Below the pieces are notes generated by a model. The model saw only the letters and a list, made by a program, of their open reading frames with translations, was not told the origin of the DNA and did no database searches. The translations under genes were made by a program, and so were the position numbers. Positions 42,601-56,683 of a DNA stretch of 64,000 nucleotides are shown one piece after another; the stretch's first letter is position 1, and each line of letters opens with the position of its first letter. Source of the DNA: Thalia democratica (taxonomy: Eukaryota); the NCBI GenBank assembly GCA_965202585.1, contig OZ241830.1, positions 10,726,001 through 10,790,000 on the forward strand, read 5' to 3'.

Positions 42601-43100
42601 TTGTAAAATACCTTAGAAAAAGTAAACACATGGTTTGATAGCATTTTTTCAATTATTTAAAGTTAAGCCTTTAAAATTTATTTCGACATACTTAAAATGA
42701 GCTAATTATGTTACAGTAGTAAAAACATTAGATGTTGTCAACATCATTTAAAACTTATTTTTTAAAGTTATAAATTACATTTCTTTTTATATTTTGTATT
42801 ACAAACAAAAGATGCTAACTTATATACATGATTATACAGAATACTTTATTCAAACCAATAGACTAGGTAGTATTAATGAAGTATTATGAAATAACATTTT
42901 TGTACAGTTTATATTCCTGTTTAAGTATTTTTTTGTCTTTAATGACGTCACTGATTTCCACACAAGCATTAGCTTCAATACTAAATTTAAAAATTGAGTG
43001 TTTTAAATCAATGTATTATTTAATTTAACATTTAATTTAAAACTGTTAAAAACGCAGTACACTAGTTTTAATAAGATAAAACTAGCCTATAACTAAACTA
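39640..43100 (+). repeat. Cluster of three degenerate family A repeat units
   Basis: Units share AACTTAT..TAGGTAGTA..TACAGTTTATA.TCCTG..AATGACGTCA.TGATTTC.ACA.AAAC..AAAACTGTT.AAAA(C/A)GCAGTACA, with cores near 40305, 42116 and 42943. Confidence 0.85.
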
Positions 43101-46100
43101 TAAATAAATAAACTATAACTAGAGAGTTGTCTAAGATTGTAATTTTAAGCCAAGAGTCAACAAAACATTAGTAAAACTCAAAGTTGCTGAAGATTTTAAA
43201 ATTAATTTGTTTTAAGTTAACATAACAGTCAATTTGTTTCTATTAACTAACTTGTTATTATATACTATTATGTTAGTTATTATTAGTTTTATTTTTATTT
43301 TTACTATTAATTTTACCCCTAACTCTTACTCTCAGTCTGTAATTTTTTGTTTCTCCTTGTATTTTCTTATTAACTATTTTTTTTTTCTGTATTTTTTATA
43401 ACTTTTTTTTTCTGTTTTTTCCTACACTTGTGCAAAAATGACCCTCCTAGCGAAAATTTCACTCGTATAAAATTAAAGCTTTGTGAAAAATTGTCTTTGT
43501 GTAATTTAGTGCCCTTGTGCAATTTTGTCTTCGTGCAATTTCGACCCGTTTCCTTAGTGTTTTAGATTAAAGAAATAGTGAGAAGATTGTTTTGTTAAAC
43601 TATTTTTATATTTATGTTTGTTTCTATTTTTTGCATTTTAGAATTTGTGTAATAGCATATATAAACTATTTGTTCAAACTATCATTAATTGATACTACAA
43701 TCAAGATTTACAATCAACACGCGTTTAGTATAAGACAAATTAATGAAATATTAATTAAAAAGGGTATTAGTTACTTCCATCACAACATATAATTTTGAAC
43801 TATATAGTTAAAAAACTTCATGGTTGTAGGTAATTTACACTTATATAATTATAAAATTTTCATATTAATTATTTATTATAAAAACTCTCTATTTGTAATA
43901 AACTGCATTAACTAAACAAACGCTTCAATAAGTAAAAAAAGAAAATAAACGACTGTAAATTAGACTTACCTCTTGATAAAAATTAAAAAAAAATACACAA
44001 AAAATTTTTTCAATTTTATATTGGCTGCTTTGGTGCAGCTTAAAACTTTATGTTGAAGAAAACTATGTACAAGCTTTCAACTGTTAGATAATTAACCATT
44101 TTTTGAAAATTATGTTTGTGTTTAACATCTTGTGACATCATTAAAATTAAAAGTCTTTTCAATGTTTGTAGGCTAATCATAATGAGTTTAGGTTTTAGCT
44201 TTAGAACATTAAAAACGAAAAATATTATTACTTAAGCTTTAAATTAGTTCTAATTTTAAAGAAAAACAGTTTAAATTACAATATAATAAAGAAACCAGAA
44301 GTAATTAAGAATATTAAAATTCTATAATCAAATAATCATCAAGATTTTTTCACATATCATGTACATGATTTACCGAATTAATAATTTTGTTAAATGTTGT
44401 AACATAAAACAATTTACAACTTTTTTCTCCTTTATTGATAATTCTTAGTAGAAAAAGTAAATTAGTTGTAACTAGCTCGATTCAAAAAGGTTTGACAATA
44501 TGACTTAAAAAAATTTTTTGATGACCGAAAATTTTTGAGAAATAGTTTCTATTGTGCTAAATATACTAAAAACGTAAAACGTCGTTGTTATAGAAGATAA
44601 ATACATTTGCTCATTAATAAGTGTATTGCATATTTAACTTTTATTACCTTTTTTTTTAACTTTTAGTAACCTGTTTTTAAGAGTAATTGTTTCTAAAAAA
44701 CTTTTACATAAAATTTCACCTAAACTGATTTGTGTAACTTAGTTTTCTGACAGTTTTGAACTTTTTTAATTGTCATTAGTTATACAAATAAACATTTATT
44801 TAACTTAAATGTATAACATAAAATTGTAGTTATAAACTGAGAAAAAAATATAATTTATTATTTATATAGACCTACATGAGTGTTTCGTATGTTTAAAAAT
44901 TAAATGAGTTTTTAGAAATGTAAACCCTTAGTAGTTATTAAAGATTTTTAATTGTCAGAAATTGTAGTGACAAATTATTTTAAATAGTATTTCAGGGTTT
45001 TCATACTCTCAGGATAACTGAGTTTATGAGTGTTAAAGAGATAAGGATGCAAAGGTAAAAATTAAAACATTTAAGTTTTCGACTAGGTCTAGAAAAAACT
45101 AAAATTTTTCTTATAATTACCTTATCTTAGGATAAAAATGCTATGTTATAGATATAGACATGATATGTTTTTCATTAATTATTTTTACCAAATGTAGTTC
45201 ATTTTACAAGTTCTATGCTTTGTCTGACTAATATTTTTATTGTTATCGTTAATGATATTTATATATTTATATTAAAAAAAGTTCGCACTTAAACTTCAAT
45301 AGCTTCAGTATTATTTTTCGTTTCACTTGCAATAAAATATTTTTTTAATATAAAAGAGTTTTGTAACTTATTAATTTGTAAATAAAAATGTTATTTTTTT
45401 CTTGTTTTTTAGATATTCAGTTTTACTGTCATTAAGTCTCACGTTTCAAATTTGTCATAAAACAGTTTTTCACTATGTCTTGTCTTTTAAATTTTTCATT
45501 TAATGTGTCTTTTTTGGCAACTTTTGATTTGTATTCTATTGAAGTTTTAAATTAAGCAATAAGCTAACTTCTTCTTGCTTTAAATTTGTTAAAACTCAAA
45601 TTTAATTTATTAGCATTAACACCTAAATTACATAAAAAAAGCAAGCAATCTATTTTATTTATTACATTTCACATTCTTTTGCTAAAAAAAAAATGTGTAA
45701 CTTCCAATGAGGTGCTGTTATCTTTGTTGTATTGTATAATAAAAAAATTGATATTATTTCGTAAATAAAACAAATATTTTCAAAAATGAATGTAATTATT
45801 TTTATAGATATAAAGTTTACTATAACTAGTAAAAACTAATTTTGTTTAGTTAATTTTTATTTGTTTAAGTATAAGTAACTCTTTCAAAGTTTATATATTT
45901 TTTCAAACTGTTTAATTTTGTAGTAGAAGTATTTTTTAGAACAGTGACTTTGAACTTTTTTAATTTTATTTAAATTATACTACTTATAAAAAGAACTTTA
46001 TAAAGCTCATTACAATAGTCTTAAGTTAAGTGATTTTTCGAGAGAAAATATTTGCGCACCCCCTGACCAAAATACCACGCTACACCATTGGCAACTAATG

Positions 46101-49100
46101 AATGCACGAAAACATGTTTTTTCAATTCTAACAAAATCTTTAAATAAATTTATGTAGTCTTAAGTTTTATTTATGTATTTAAAAAAAAAGTATATTAAAT
46201 CAATAACTAAAAAAAAGTTTAGAAACAAAGAATATATTTTTATAAGTTAGTAAGTTTTTAAAATTTTTTAAAACACAAAATAAGGGGTAGCTAACTTTTT
46301 TGTACAAGCGTACAGAATTTCACGAGGGGACAAAATAGTATGAGTGCAAAAAATTGTACGAAGATACTTTTACACGAAGACTAATTTGTACGAGGGCACA
46401 AAATTGCACGAAAATAAAGTTGCACAAAGGATCACTTTTATTATTAATATTATTTTTATTTTTTAATAGAGTTCAAATAAGCACTTTATTGCTTTTTCTA
46501 TACTTTAGACTCGTTAACCATATTCTTATACCTCGATGTTTTAATTAAGCAAAACCTACATAGCATTGTTGGTATGGTTGTAGTGTACTCTAAACCGACA
46601 TTATAACCCATATTGAATAAATGCTTTAAATAAAGGTAAAAAATTAAATAACTTGTTTACACTTGAAAACATTATAATCTAAAATCTTAGTTGAAATGTT
46701 ATATTATTTTGAATAACTTAAATTAAAAACACTTAGTGAGTTTTTAGTTTGTGTAGATGGTTCAAAACTTTGTTCTATCATAAACACTAGGGTATCCCAA
46801 ATATTTTTATCAGAAAATATATTTCGAAGAAATTATATAAGTCCCCACCAATAAAATTTCCAAAAGCACAAATTTCATATACAACTAAAACCCTACTTAT
46901 TTTTTCATTAATTCTAACGTTTTTCGGAAAAAAACTCAATCTTCCTAGAGTATCTCATATAAGTTATAAGAGTAATCTCGAATGCGCCTAAACTATTTTA
47001 TTTTATTTTAACCATCAAAACCCTCTCAAATATCAAATTATAACCTTTTGGTCTCTTTATTAGTCACGACCCTACTTTGGCCCTTTAGCAGCTTTTGGCT
47101 AATTTGCTCAAATGATCCTTTTTGGAAAACACTGGTGCAACCAGTAGTGTTATAAAAACTTATAAACAAAAAAAAGTATTAGTATAGAATAAAAAGTTTA
47201 TAAAGGATTGGAAATCTGCAAAAATATAATTAAAAAAATCTAATAAAAGAAATGTTGAGCGTTAAGATAATTTCTTCCATTTACAACTAAAAATGAATAT
47301 TTTTTTATATATTATTATTCACTAGCTTAAGTCTAAAACATACAATTAAAAGACACTGTATTAAAATATGTTTTTATTAAACTATTTTTTCATTTCAAAC
47401 TAACAATATACTAAAGGTAAACTTTAAGTTACTAAAAAACTAAATAAAACTGATATAAGAGTTAAAAAAGAATTTAGACTCATTAAAAAACTGTTTCTTA
47501 ATCAATTATGGTAAAAAACCACTAAATAAACGACCAGTGGCAAATTTAAGTCGGATATTTGTAGTTTTAAACTGCTTGGAAGAGATGTAAATTAATTAGC
47601 TTTAATTTTTTCATAAATAAAAAAAATAGTTTACTTTTAATTGCATAAAATTAGTAAATAATAAAGAAACTAATTAGATTTTACTAATTCAAAAACCCTT
47701 TTTAGACAAGAGCTTAAAGTATTTTTAAAAACGATACATTACTGCTTTTAACGATTCAAAAAACAAAATAAACAAATACAAGAAACAAATATATCTGGTG
47801 GTAATGTTTCAATGTGGTGTTAGTGTTTTATTTCTGATGGAAATATATTCAAAAATAATTATACAAAAAACTCAAAAATAAAAAAATTATGTTCTATATT
47901 TTTGTGGCTTTTTTGATAACTTTACTTTTGTTTTGTACGAGATCATGTTTTGTTTTTTAAATTGATAATTTTTTCTTAAACTTAAAAAAATTAGTCTATG
48001 GAATATATCAGTATATAAAAAAAAACTTTAATAACTTTTCTACATTTAAATATATGTTAGATACATTATGATTAGATATTCCGTCGAACGAAAATATATA
48101 TCGGAACATAAAGGTAATGATCTTAGTATTAAATTATCTAAGTTTTGTATTATACAATTGAAAATTCTAACTTGAAAATTATTCGTCAAAAAATTGAATT
48201 TGTGAAGTATATTTTTATAATTAAGACTATGAGTTAAACATAATTAAAGTCAAATTATCTCTAGCTCTTATAACAAACAACAACAAAGTCTATGTTATTT
48301 AAGATCAACTATATACTTTAAATAAAACAACCTCAATTTAATTGTCTCAATTAAATATTTGTACTATATAACTATAATTTTCTTTAAATCTCAAGTATGT
48401 ATGTGAAAATAGTAGAACTACTCTAGAATTAATTTAAATAAATGATGCATATCTTTTGAAACTTTTAACAAAATAAATTTTATATAGTTTCTTTTATAAT
48501 TAGTGAATATGTTTTGATACATTTTTAAAAGTTTATAGTTGTACTATATCTACATTATAAAAACCGTAAAATCACTGTACTTAGACAAATTAATGATTGT
48601 TGCTTTTATGTAATAACCAATTAATAAAAAATTAGTTGAAAAGATATACATAAATAAAATTTCAGAATATCTAATTTAAGTCTGTTTGGTTTTCCAGCTC
48701 GCTAATAGAAATTAGAAGTTTATGCTAAAAAATTAACTGCTTACAAAGTAACAAATTAATAAAAAATGAATATTATTTATTTGTATTCCATATAAGCAAC
48801 AGTATTTTAGATAATTTGTGAAAAACCACAAACATGTTATTAAATCAAGAAGTTATATTATAATAAAAATTGGTTTTAACCTTGTTTGTATTTAAAAAAA
48901 ATGAAAACCAGTAACAGTAAATATTTTATATAGTTGTTGTGCATTTACATATTTTGATGTTAAGTTGATTCGTTCTTATAATAGAGGACAACGTTTAATT
49001 TATAATTGCTAAAATGTTATCCCTGGAAAAGGCTGATCTAAAGTAATTTGTCAAAAACAATGTTTGCAAAATAATTTATCTATGTTTTAAAACTTTTTTT

Positions 49101-49613
49101 TTAGCTTTTAGATTTTAAAACTTCATTTACTTTTTTTTTACACCGATATGTTAATGTCGTTATTGAAGAAGTTTTTAGAACACGAAATAATAACCAAAGC
49201 TCGAAACAATAGTCGACAGGATATTTATCGATCATCAGGTTATCATTAGTGATAATCACTTAAATTTTAATTTTCAAAAAAATACTACAAAAAATTCAAA
49301 ACAAAAGAAGAATAAAACATAAAATCAAAAAAAAACTTATGAAGTTTTTCGACTAAGATTCACTTATTTAAAAATTTTTAACAGTAATTTTTTTTAAATA
49401 GTGCAAAAAAATCAGGCATGTTGAATGAGTATTAATTCTAACTTGAGTAAAATTTGAGCAATGAGTAAAATTGGTGAAATGTAATAATATTGTTGTCTAA
49501 ATAAGAGATTTTTTTATATTGAAAAGGTAAAATTTCATAGTTTTAAATATATATAAGATGTAAGTTAAAAGGCGTTAAATCCTGGAGATCCTGATAAGCT
49601 AAGCTTGTCGGAA

Positions 49614-49864
49614 TATATACCAGAGATTTTTTTGTGTTAAAACTTTATTTCAACTAACATCGTATCACTGCTCTCAAATAAATTTAGGAACAGATCTATA
49701 TATAATAAACACTATACATAATTATACATACTTTTTCTGCTTTTTTTCTGAAGTGTGTTAATATTCTATAGACTCCGTAGATCTGTTCTTAAATTTATTT
49801 GAGAGCTGTGAAACGCCGTTAGTTGAAATAAAGTTAAAACACAAGAACATCTGTGGTATATATA
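49614..49864. mobile_element. Fold-back MITE with ~85-bp inverted repeats in a TA context
   Basis: 49614-49699 is an imperfect reverse complement of 49778-49864 (e.g. ACTTTATTTCAACTAAC and CTCTCAAATAAATTTA.GAACAGATCTA). It is flanked by TA and a (TA)n run. Confidence 0.85.
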
Positions 49865-52800
49865 TATATATATATATATATTACTGTAAATTTAACTACA
49901 ATCAAATCAGTCAATGTAGAGAGATATAAATATAAAAACTATTTAAACGTACTTTTGCCTGTTTAATACATAATGCGCGTAACTGAAAACATTAATAAAC
50001 ATTAAAATGTTAATAATCATTTATTCTTTTCACAACTATGTATATATTTTCAAAAGAAATGTTGTAAAGATTTTTTCAAAAAATTTTTGTGGTTTCGACC
50101 TGATCTTTAATCAGTTAAATAACAAATTAAATAATTTAAACAAGCATTTATAAGCATTAGTACATAATTATTATTTTTATTAGTTTATCCGGTTTATCTG
50201 GTCAAAAACAATTTATGTTTAAAGATTCAGTTTTAATTTTGTTGTTTATTGTTTAAATAGTAAAAAGAAATAGTAGAAAATTGAAATTAAAAACTCATTA
50301 ACTTTTTAACAAATTTTCAAACAATATTACTTTACATAAACAAATATAGTTATTAAAAACGTTTTTCTAAAAATTATCTTTAACTTTAATGGTAATTTTT
50401 CTTTTAAAAAATAAAAACGACTAAAACTAAAAAAAAAATTCTAGAAACCTTCTAAAATGTAGAAAATTGCTAAAAGCGAAAAGCGTAAATATTTTTTAGC
50501 AAATTATATGAAAGTTTATCTTAGTACCATTTATAATTTTTAAATTTTTTCTTTAACTTTTTAAATTGCCACTAACTTACATTGTAGTTGAATAAAGCTT
50601 TTGTAACAGAAGAAAAATGTAGTTAAAAACTTTTAGCTTTTTATCTATTTTTATAAATTTTATCAGTCAATAAATACCCGTCTAACTTTTTAAGAAATTT
50701 TTTAAAATTATAATTTAAAATAAGTGTGTTTACTGTGCAAAAATTAAGTGAACTATAAACAATTATAAAAAACAAATATAAAGTTAATTAAGAACTAAAT
50801 GTAAGAAGAATAAGTAAAATTGTCTTAAAAATAATAACATAACTAAAACTAAAAAAACTGTTTGTTTTCTAAAAACACATAAACATTTAAAAAAAATGCG
50901 TTTTTAATTTAAATGATATATAAAAACTTATCACTTCGCAGAAATTTATAGTGGTTTATAGATACGTAAAAAATATGTCTAAAATAAAGTATATTGTTAT
51001 TCATAAAGAAAATAAAAATTTAATCACCAAGCTAGTTTGTTTCTTGACAAACTAAAAAGTATAATATAAGCTAATAACTAAAAAAAATAAGTTACTATTA
51101 AAAATTAATTTTTTATTTAAAAACTACTTGTATAGTTAATATTATTACCTGTTCATTTTATGCTTAGTTAGTTTCAATTACTAGAAGAGCTAGGTGTTTT
51201 ATTTATTACAGCTACCATGAGCTCATAAAAACACACTTTGGATTAATGCTTAGATGATAACCTGTATATTTTGTATCTAACAAAACTTAGTAATGAAAAC
51301 GCTTAAGAAGATCAACGCTTGTTTGTGAGCTTGATTATTTTTACTAAAAACTAAATGCTCAGAGTGACGTGTTTTTTAATTTTTAGAAGTTTAAAAACAA
51401 TTAGTTTAAAAAGCATTACTACTGAGCAAATCAAATAGAAAAATGATATTGGAATTTTTGTTTTAGAAATACTATTAAGAAAACTAGTCGTATTTCCGAA
51501 ATTTAAAAGATTTGTTAATATCATTTTTTACAATGTCATTTAAACTAATAATATAATTTTTACTGAAATTTTTAAAACAATCAATTAAAATAAGTTTAAT
51601 TTCATCGTGTCTATAATTATACTTAAGTTTTACATAACTGTATATTTGTGCATTTGAGTATGAACAATGAATGATTACTCAAATAAATTTGAAAATTTTT
51701 TCTTTTACCTTAAAAAAAATGATATGTTAGTTGCCTCAAATCGACTTTCACATCAAGTTTTCTAATAATAACGTTGAAATCTTGAACGTAGTAGTACATA
51801 ATTAAGTTTAATATGTTTACGAGTAAAAATTAAAAATACTTTAACTTTTGTTATAATGTTTGATAAAGAAAATTTAGTTTAAGTTTATAAAAACACAATT
51901 TAAATCTCTGTTAGTTAACAAAACATAGAATTTAAGTTTTCTTTTACTAATAAAGATTTTTACTTAGGTCATGACAGTATTCTAATGTTGTATTTTCCGT
52001 AATGTTTATAAAATACTTATTAAAAACATTACACATTTGTAAATTTAGCTTTGGTTTTATGAAATATGTATGAAGTTAACCGCTTTGTTGCGACTTTAAA
52101 TTAGGTTAGTGTATCAACCTTCTAGTTACTATTAATAATAAAATTTATACAAATTACTCAGAGAGATAATATTGTTGGAAAAACATTGTTACGTCAATGA
52201 CATATTCGAAAAAAAATTAAATCGAAATTATTTTGATTTGCTAATATACATATCAAAGTAAAAAAGTTTATTGTGTTTAACTTGATTTAAGTTTTACAGC
52301 TAAACTATACAAACTATTTGTTTTACCTTTATATTAAGTAAGGTTGTTTTTATTTTTTGAAATATTTTATTGCGAATAAAACAACTATAATTGACCTTTT
52401 TAAAAATAGTACAATAAATAGAATTTATAGGTGATTTTTAGTTAGTTTATGAGTGTTAAACAAAACGGAACACATTTTTTACATAGTTATTTGAAATACA
52501 TACGTAAAACTATCTTATTAACTAAAAAGTACAGAAAAACTTTATACTTTCTTGTTTAAAGTCTTTATAGATTTATTTTTGACGTTTAAAAAGGTACAAT
52601 ATAAAGCTATTTGTTAGCTTATTATAAATTTATGTTTTTTCTGCTGTATGTTCAGTTATGATACTTCCAAAGAATTAAATAAATTGATATATCAAACAAT
52701 TCAGCTATAAAAAACGTACGTATCTGAGTGTGATTTAAATAAAAATTTTAAATTCTGTCGTAACAAATCAAACCTAATAAAGAAGCAAAGCTTAGTAAAC

Positions 52801-53739
52801 AAATTTTTAAAAATATTACTAAATTAGTTTTAAATTAAAAGTATTTAGGTTATTGATTAGCTTTTAATATGCTAACACTGGTAGTATAAACTGGTTTTTG
52901 CGTCATAAAGTTGTGCTAAAGATGTAAAATATACAGAACAGTAAAGCATGACTTCTGTAGGTTAAGCATTAGCTTCTAATGTAACTTATTTTCGTTAATC
53001 TTTTACCTTAAACGAAGTTTATTATTGAACTTTTGGTGCTGAGTTTGACAACAGCATCAAATTGCTATAATTTAACTAAATAAAATTAGAGATGTTATTT
53101 AAAAGTGTTTAAAAAAAAATTGTTTGAAATAACATTTACTTTTAAAGACAAGTGGCGATTATTGAAGTATTTCAACTACAAACTTTTAGTTTTAAGCATT
53201 ATTATCTTTGTTAATTTAAACATTATTATCTTTTTTCTATAAATAAAAACTTAAATTTTTAAACTGGATATAGATATTTTACTAGCTAACTTTTTTACAA
53301 ATTTTCAACTAGTTTTTAAAGTATTTAAAATTTACTTTTGCAATAATTTTTTTTTGTAATAGTTAAATTTAATATCAAAAATTCAATCATAAACTTGTTA
53401 TTTCTTGCACTATTTCTATAGTTAATTACATTTTTCAGGCGTTATGTACATACAAGAAATTTAGCTTTTTAAATTCGAAAATAAAGAACAACTTTATAAA
53501 CAACTAAAGAAATGACAGCATATATTTTAGGAAATTAAATAAATTTATTCGTTAAAGTTTTAATTTACTAGATAACATCTTACATAGTTAAGTATGAATG
53601 CAAATTTTATAAAAAATAAATATAATAGTAGGTTTTAGTTTTTAACAAATTTTAATTTTGATTTTACTAAAAAGGTAATTTCTCGGTTATCGAAGTGGTA
53701 AAACTGTAAAAATTTTCTATAATTAATGTAATGTTTTAC

Positions 53740-54620
53740 ATTGTAGCAGTATTAAGAAATTATACAGCACTATCCGGCTGTTTCCAAAAAAAATTATAAA
53801 ACAAAAAACTAAAGTTTTATGAGTTGATGTTATAACTTTAAATATAATTAAGTTAAAGAAAACAATAAATTTACAATATAATTTTTTTTAATTTGATTTT
53901 TCCATTCAAATTGATTAAAATAAATTTTATCTTCTATATTAGTTTGTTATAAAAAAATAATCTTTAAAATTAAAATTATCTTAATTTATTATCTAATATT
54001 ATCTAATATTAAAAATCTCAATAGTAATTCTTTATAGTAAAAGAATGCAGTACCTTGTTGTTCTTTTAGAGTTTATTTTGAAATTTAATGCATATTGTAT
54101 TTTGTAAAGTACCTCAGAATAGGTAAAAAATTGATTTATTAGAATTTTTACCATGATTTAAATTTAAAAGTTTTAAATTTTATTTCGGTATACTTTAAAT
54201 CAGCCAATTATGTTACATTAGTAAATAAAAAAATTTAAACATTAGAAATTATCAAAAAATTAGAAAGTTTTATTTTAATTTATAAATTAACTTGTCTGTT
54301 TATATTATGTACTATAAATATTGAAGCCAACTTATACTCATTTTTATACAGCTTATTTTACTTTAACCAACTGATTAGGTAGTATAAACAAAATTTTAAA
54401 AAATAAAACTTCTATACAGTTTATAATCTTGTTTAATTTTTTTGTCTCTATTGACGTAACTCATTAAAGCATTAACTTTAATACTAAATATAAAAACTGA
54501 ATATTCTGCATCAATTTGACGTCTGGTTACTTTGAAATTTGAAACTGTTGAAAACGCAGTACATTTGTTCTAAAAAATAAAACTAGCTTTAACTACTGAA
54601 GGATAAAATCCTGTGATAAA
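53740..54620 (+). repeat. Family A repeat, long copy homologous to ~39640-40460
   Basis: Shared TATCCGGCT..AACTAAAGTT.TATGAGTTG, TATACAGCTTATTTTA.TT.AACCAA and AAACTGTTGAAAACGCAGTACATTTGTTC. Confidence 0.8.
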
Positions 54621-56290
54621 AGCTAAAATGTTTCATAATGATTAAAAAAGCATAACTTGTTTTTAAACTACTTAGTTATAATTACAAACAATCTTATTTT
54701 AATCACAACAGTCAGTAGAATTTCTTTTTTTTTTTTTTGATATTTCAACAATAAAATGTTTAACATATTTTCTTTATAGTTAACCTACTAAAGATAACAT
54801 TTATTAGTGTGTTGAAGTATATTAAAAAAATTTAACTTAAGACTGTAAAAACAGAGTACAAAAAATTTATAAACTACATAATATTCAATAAAACAAGATC
54901 AGAAACACAATTTAATTGGAAAAAAAATTAGTCAATTAAAATATATATTTAAATAAGTTTAAAAAAATTCTCAGTTGTATATTTTTATGTAAATTAAACT
55001 ATATACATAATAGTATAAAATTTATCAAAATCTAACAATTTCACTTAAAAAAACAAGTAATGTTATCGTACATTGAATACTTAAAACAAAACATTTACTC
55101 TTTGATAAAAGGTTTTTTTTTAATCTCACAAAATTTTTTATTCATACTTTATCTGTGAATATAGCAAACAAACTATTTTTCTAGATTTATATCTGATAGT
55201 ATGGTAAATATGATAGTTGACATAAGAATACTAAAAACAAATCTAATTTCAATGCTCTAATAATTAACATAATTAGATGACTACAATTAGAGTTTAAAAA
55301 ACTAATAAACTTTAAAAAAACTTAAAAATCTTTACTTATGAGTTTATGTAAAAATTATTACAAGTTGCCTGATTGTTTACTACAAAGTGGCAGAATCCTA
55401 GCTTATTTTTCATTTTTATAATGGATAAAACATATGTTTTAGTTTAAAGAAATCTAAATTGCTTTTTAATACTTTACTAACGTATGCTTGCTTAATGGCG
55501 TATATAACGAAGACTTTTATACGTTTAAAACAATAACATAACACTAAGTTACAAACAATCAAAAAACCTGGTAAAAATTGAAGCAATTTACATTCATTTA
55601 GATAAACGCAAGTAATTCATCAGAAAAGTTTTGTTTTTATATTACCTTTGTTTACTTAGCTAGTTGTATCATACTGTATTTAGTTTTGTTTGTTAAAAAA
55701 ACTAATTTATTTTTTAAACTAGTTTATGATGAAATTATAAAACAATATAAGTTAAAATTTATCTCTTATAACTGTATCTCACTGATAAACACTGTTAAAA
55801 TACATTTTTGCTACAAAAAAGAATTGGTTTGTTTTTAATCGAAATTATAAATAAATGAATAGTTTTAAAAATAATAAAGGTTTGTAGAATTTTTTTATTA
55901 TCAAAGTAAAATTAAAAAATTAAATCCAATAACAACTTTTTATTATTGTATAAAAATAAAAATTTTACGTTTCTTTTTTTGACCATATTACTGGCAAGGC
56001 TAAGTTTATAGTTTAAAGCTTTAACAGCAATAAAATTAAAATCATTTAGTTAACTTAGTTATATTCTTACTTTGTTGTTCAGTTACAAATGTTCTTAAAA
56101 ATTAAAACTTATTTATTAAGATCCAACTAGCTTTTTGAAGAGTAAAAGTGTAAGTCAGTATCTGTATAACACGTTCGAAGATAAGCGAACGATTTTCATT
56201 TAAACATTTAGGTGGTTTTAAAGAATAAACTAAGAGAACTTACTATTTTAATTTTTTGTTAAGCTTCATAGATTATTTTTGTGCCTTCTA

Positions 56291-56683
56291 TGTTGTGGCA
56301 TTTTGCAATTTAGATTAGTATACAGTATAACCACTGACCGATGGCTCGGTCGTAGTTAGGTTAGGTAATTGCTTATTGTTGCTTTTCGCCTTAGTTTGCG
56401 ACCGCGTCATGCGTTTTATGTCGTCCATCGATAAGCGTTTGGACGACATGAAATCTTAGTTAAAATATATATATTTAATATTAAAACTTTCTAATATATA
56501 TTCTAATATATATTCTAATATAATTATAAAACGTTCTAATGGAACGATCAATAACTTTAATGTATTGAGCTTATTTATAATCTAGTATCTAGAAAACAAC
56601 TTTAAGTGAATGGTGAATTTATATACATTTAAAAACAAAACACGACAATGTGATAAAGTAACGTGATGAAGTTCTACCACAAC
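56291..56683. mobile_element. Candidate LTR-like or terminal segment of the adjacent virus-like cassette
   Basis: Starts TGTTGTGGCA and ends TACCACAAC(T), 8/10 inverted identity. Contains two GC-rich hairpins and TTAGGTTAGG. No partner copy lies in the window. Confidence 0.3.

Noticed and set aside
613-46548. The many 60-92-aa ORFs in the AT-rich region, including those at 20147-20475, 30321 and 46354
   Set aside because: Low-complexity F/L/K/I/N composition, no motifs, and several simply overlie the GCACGAA repeat. The exceptions (RTE, gag and the hAT remnant) are reported as features.
46788-47134. Possible short hAT MITE (TAGGGTATCCCAA ... TTGGAAAACACTG)
   Set aside because: Only 9/13 terminal identity and no TSD.
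47535-50574. Possible hAT element bounded by CAGTGGCAAATTTAA and TTAAATTGCCACTA
   Set aside because: The 8-bp flanks (TAAACGAC versus ACTTACAT) do not match and there is no internal support.
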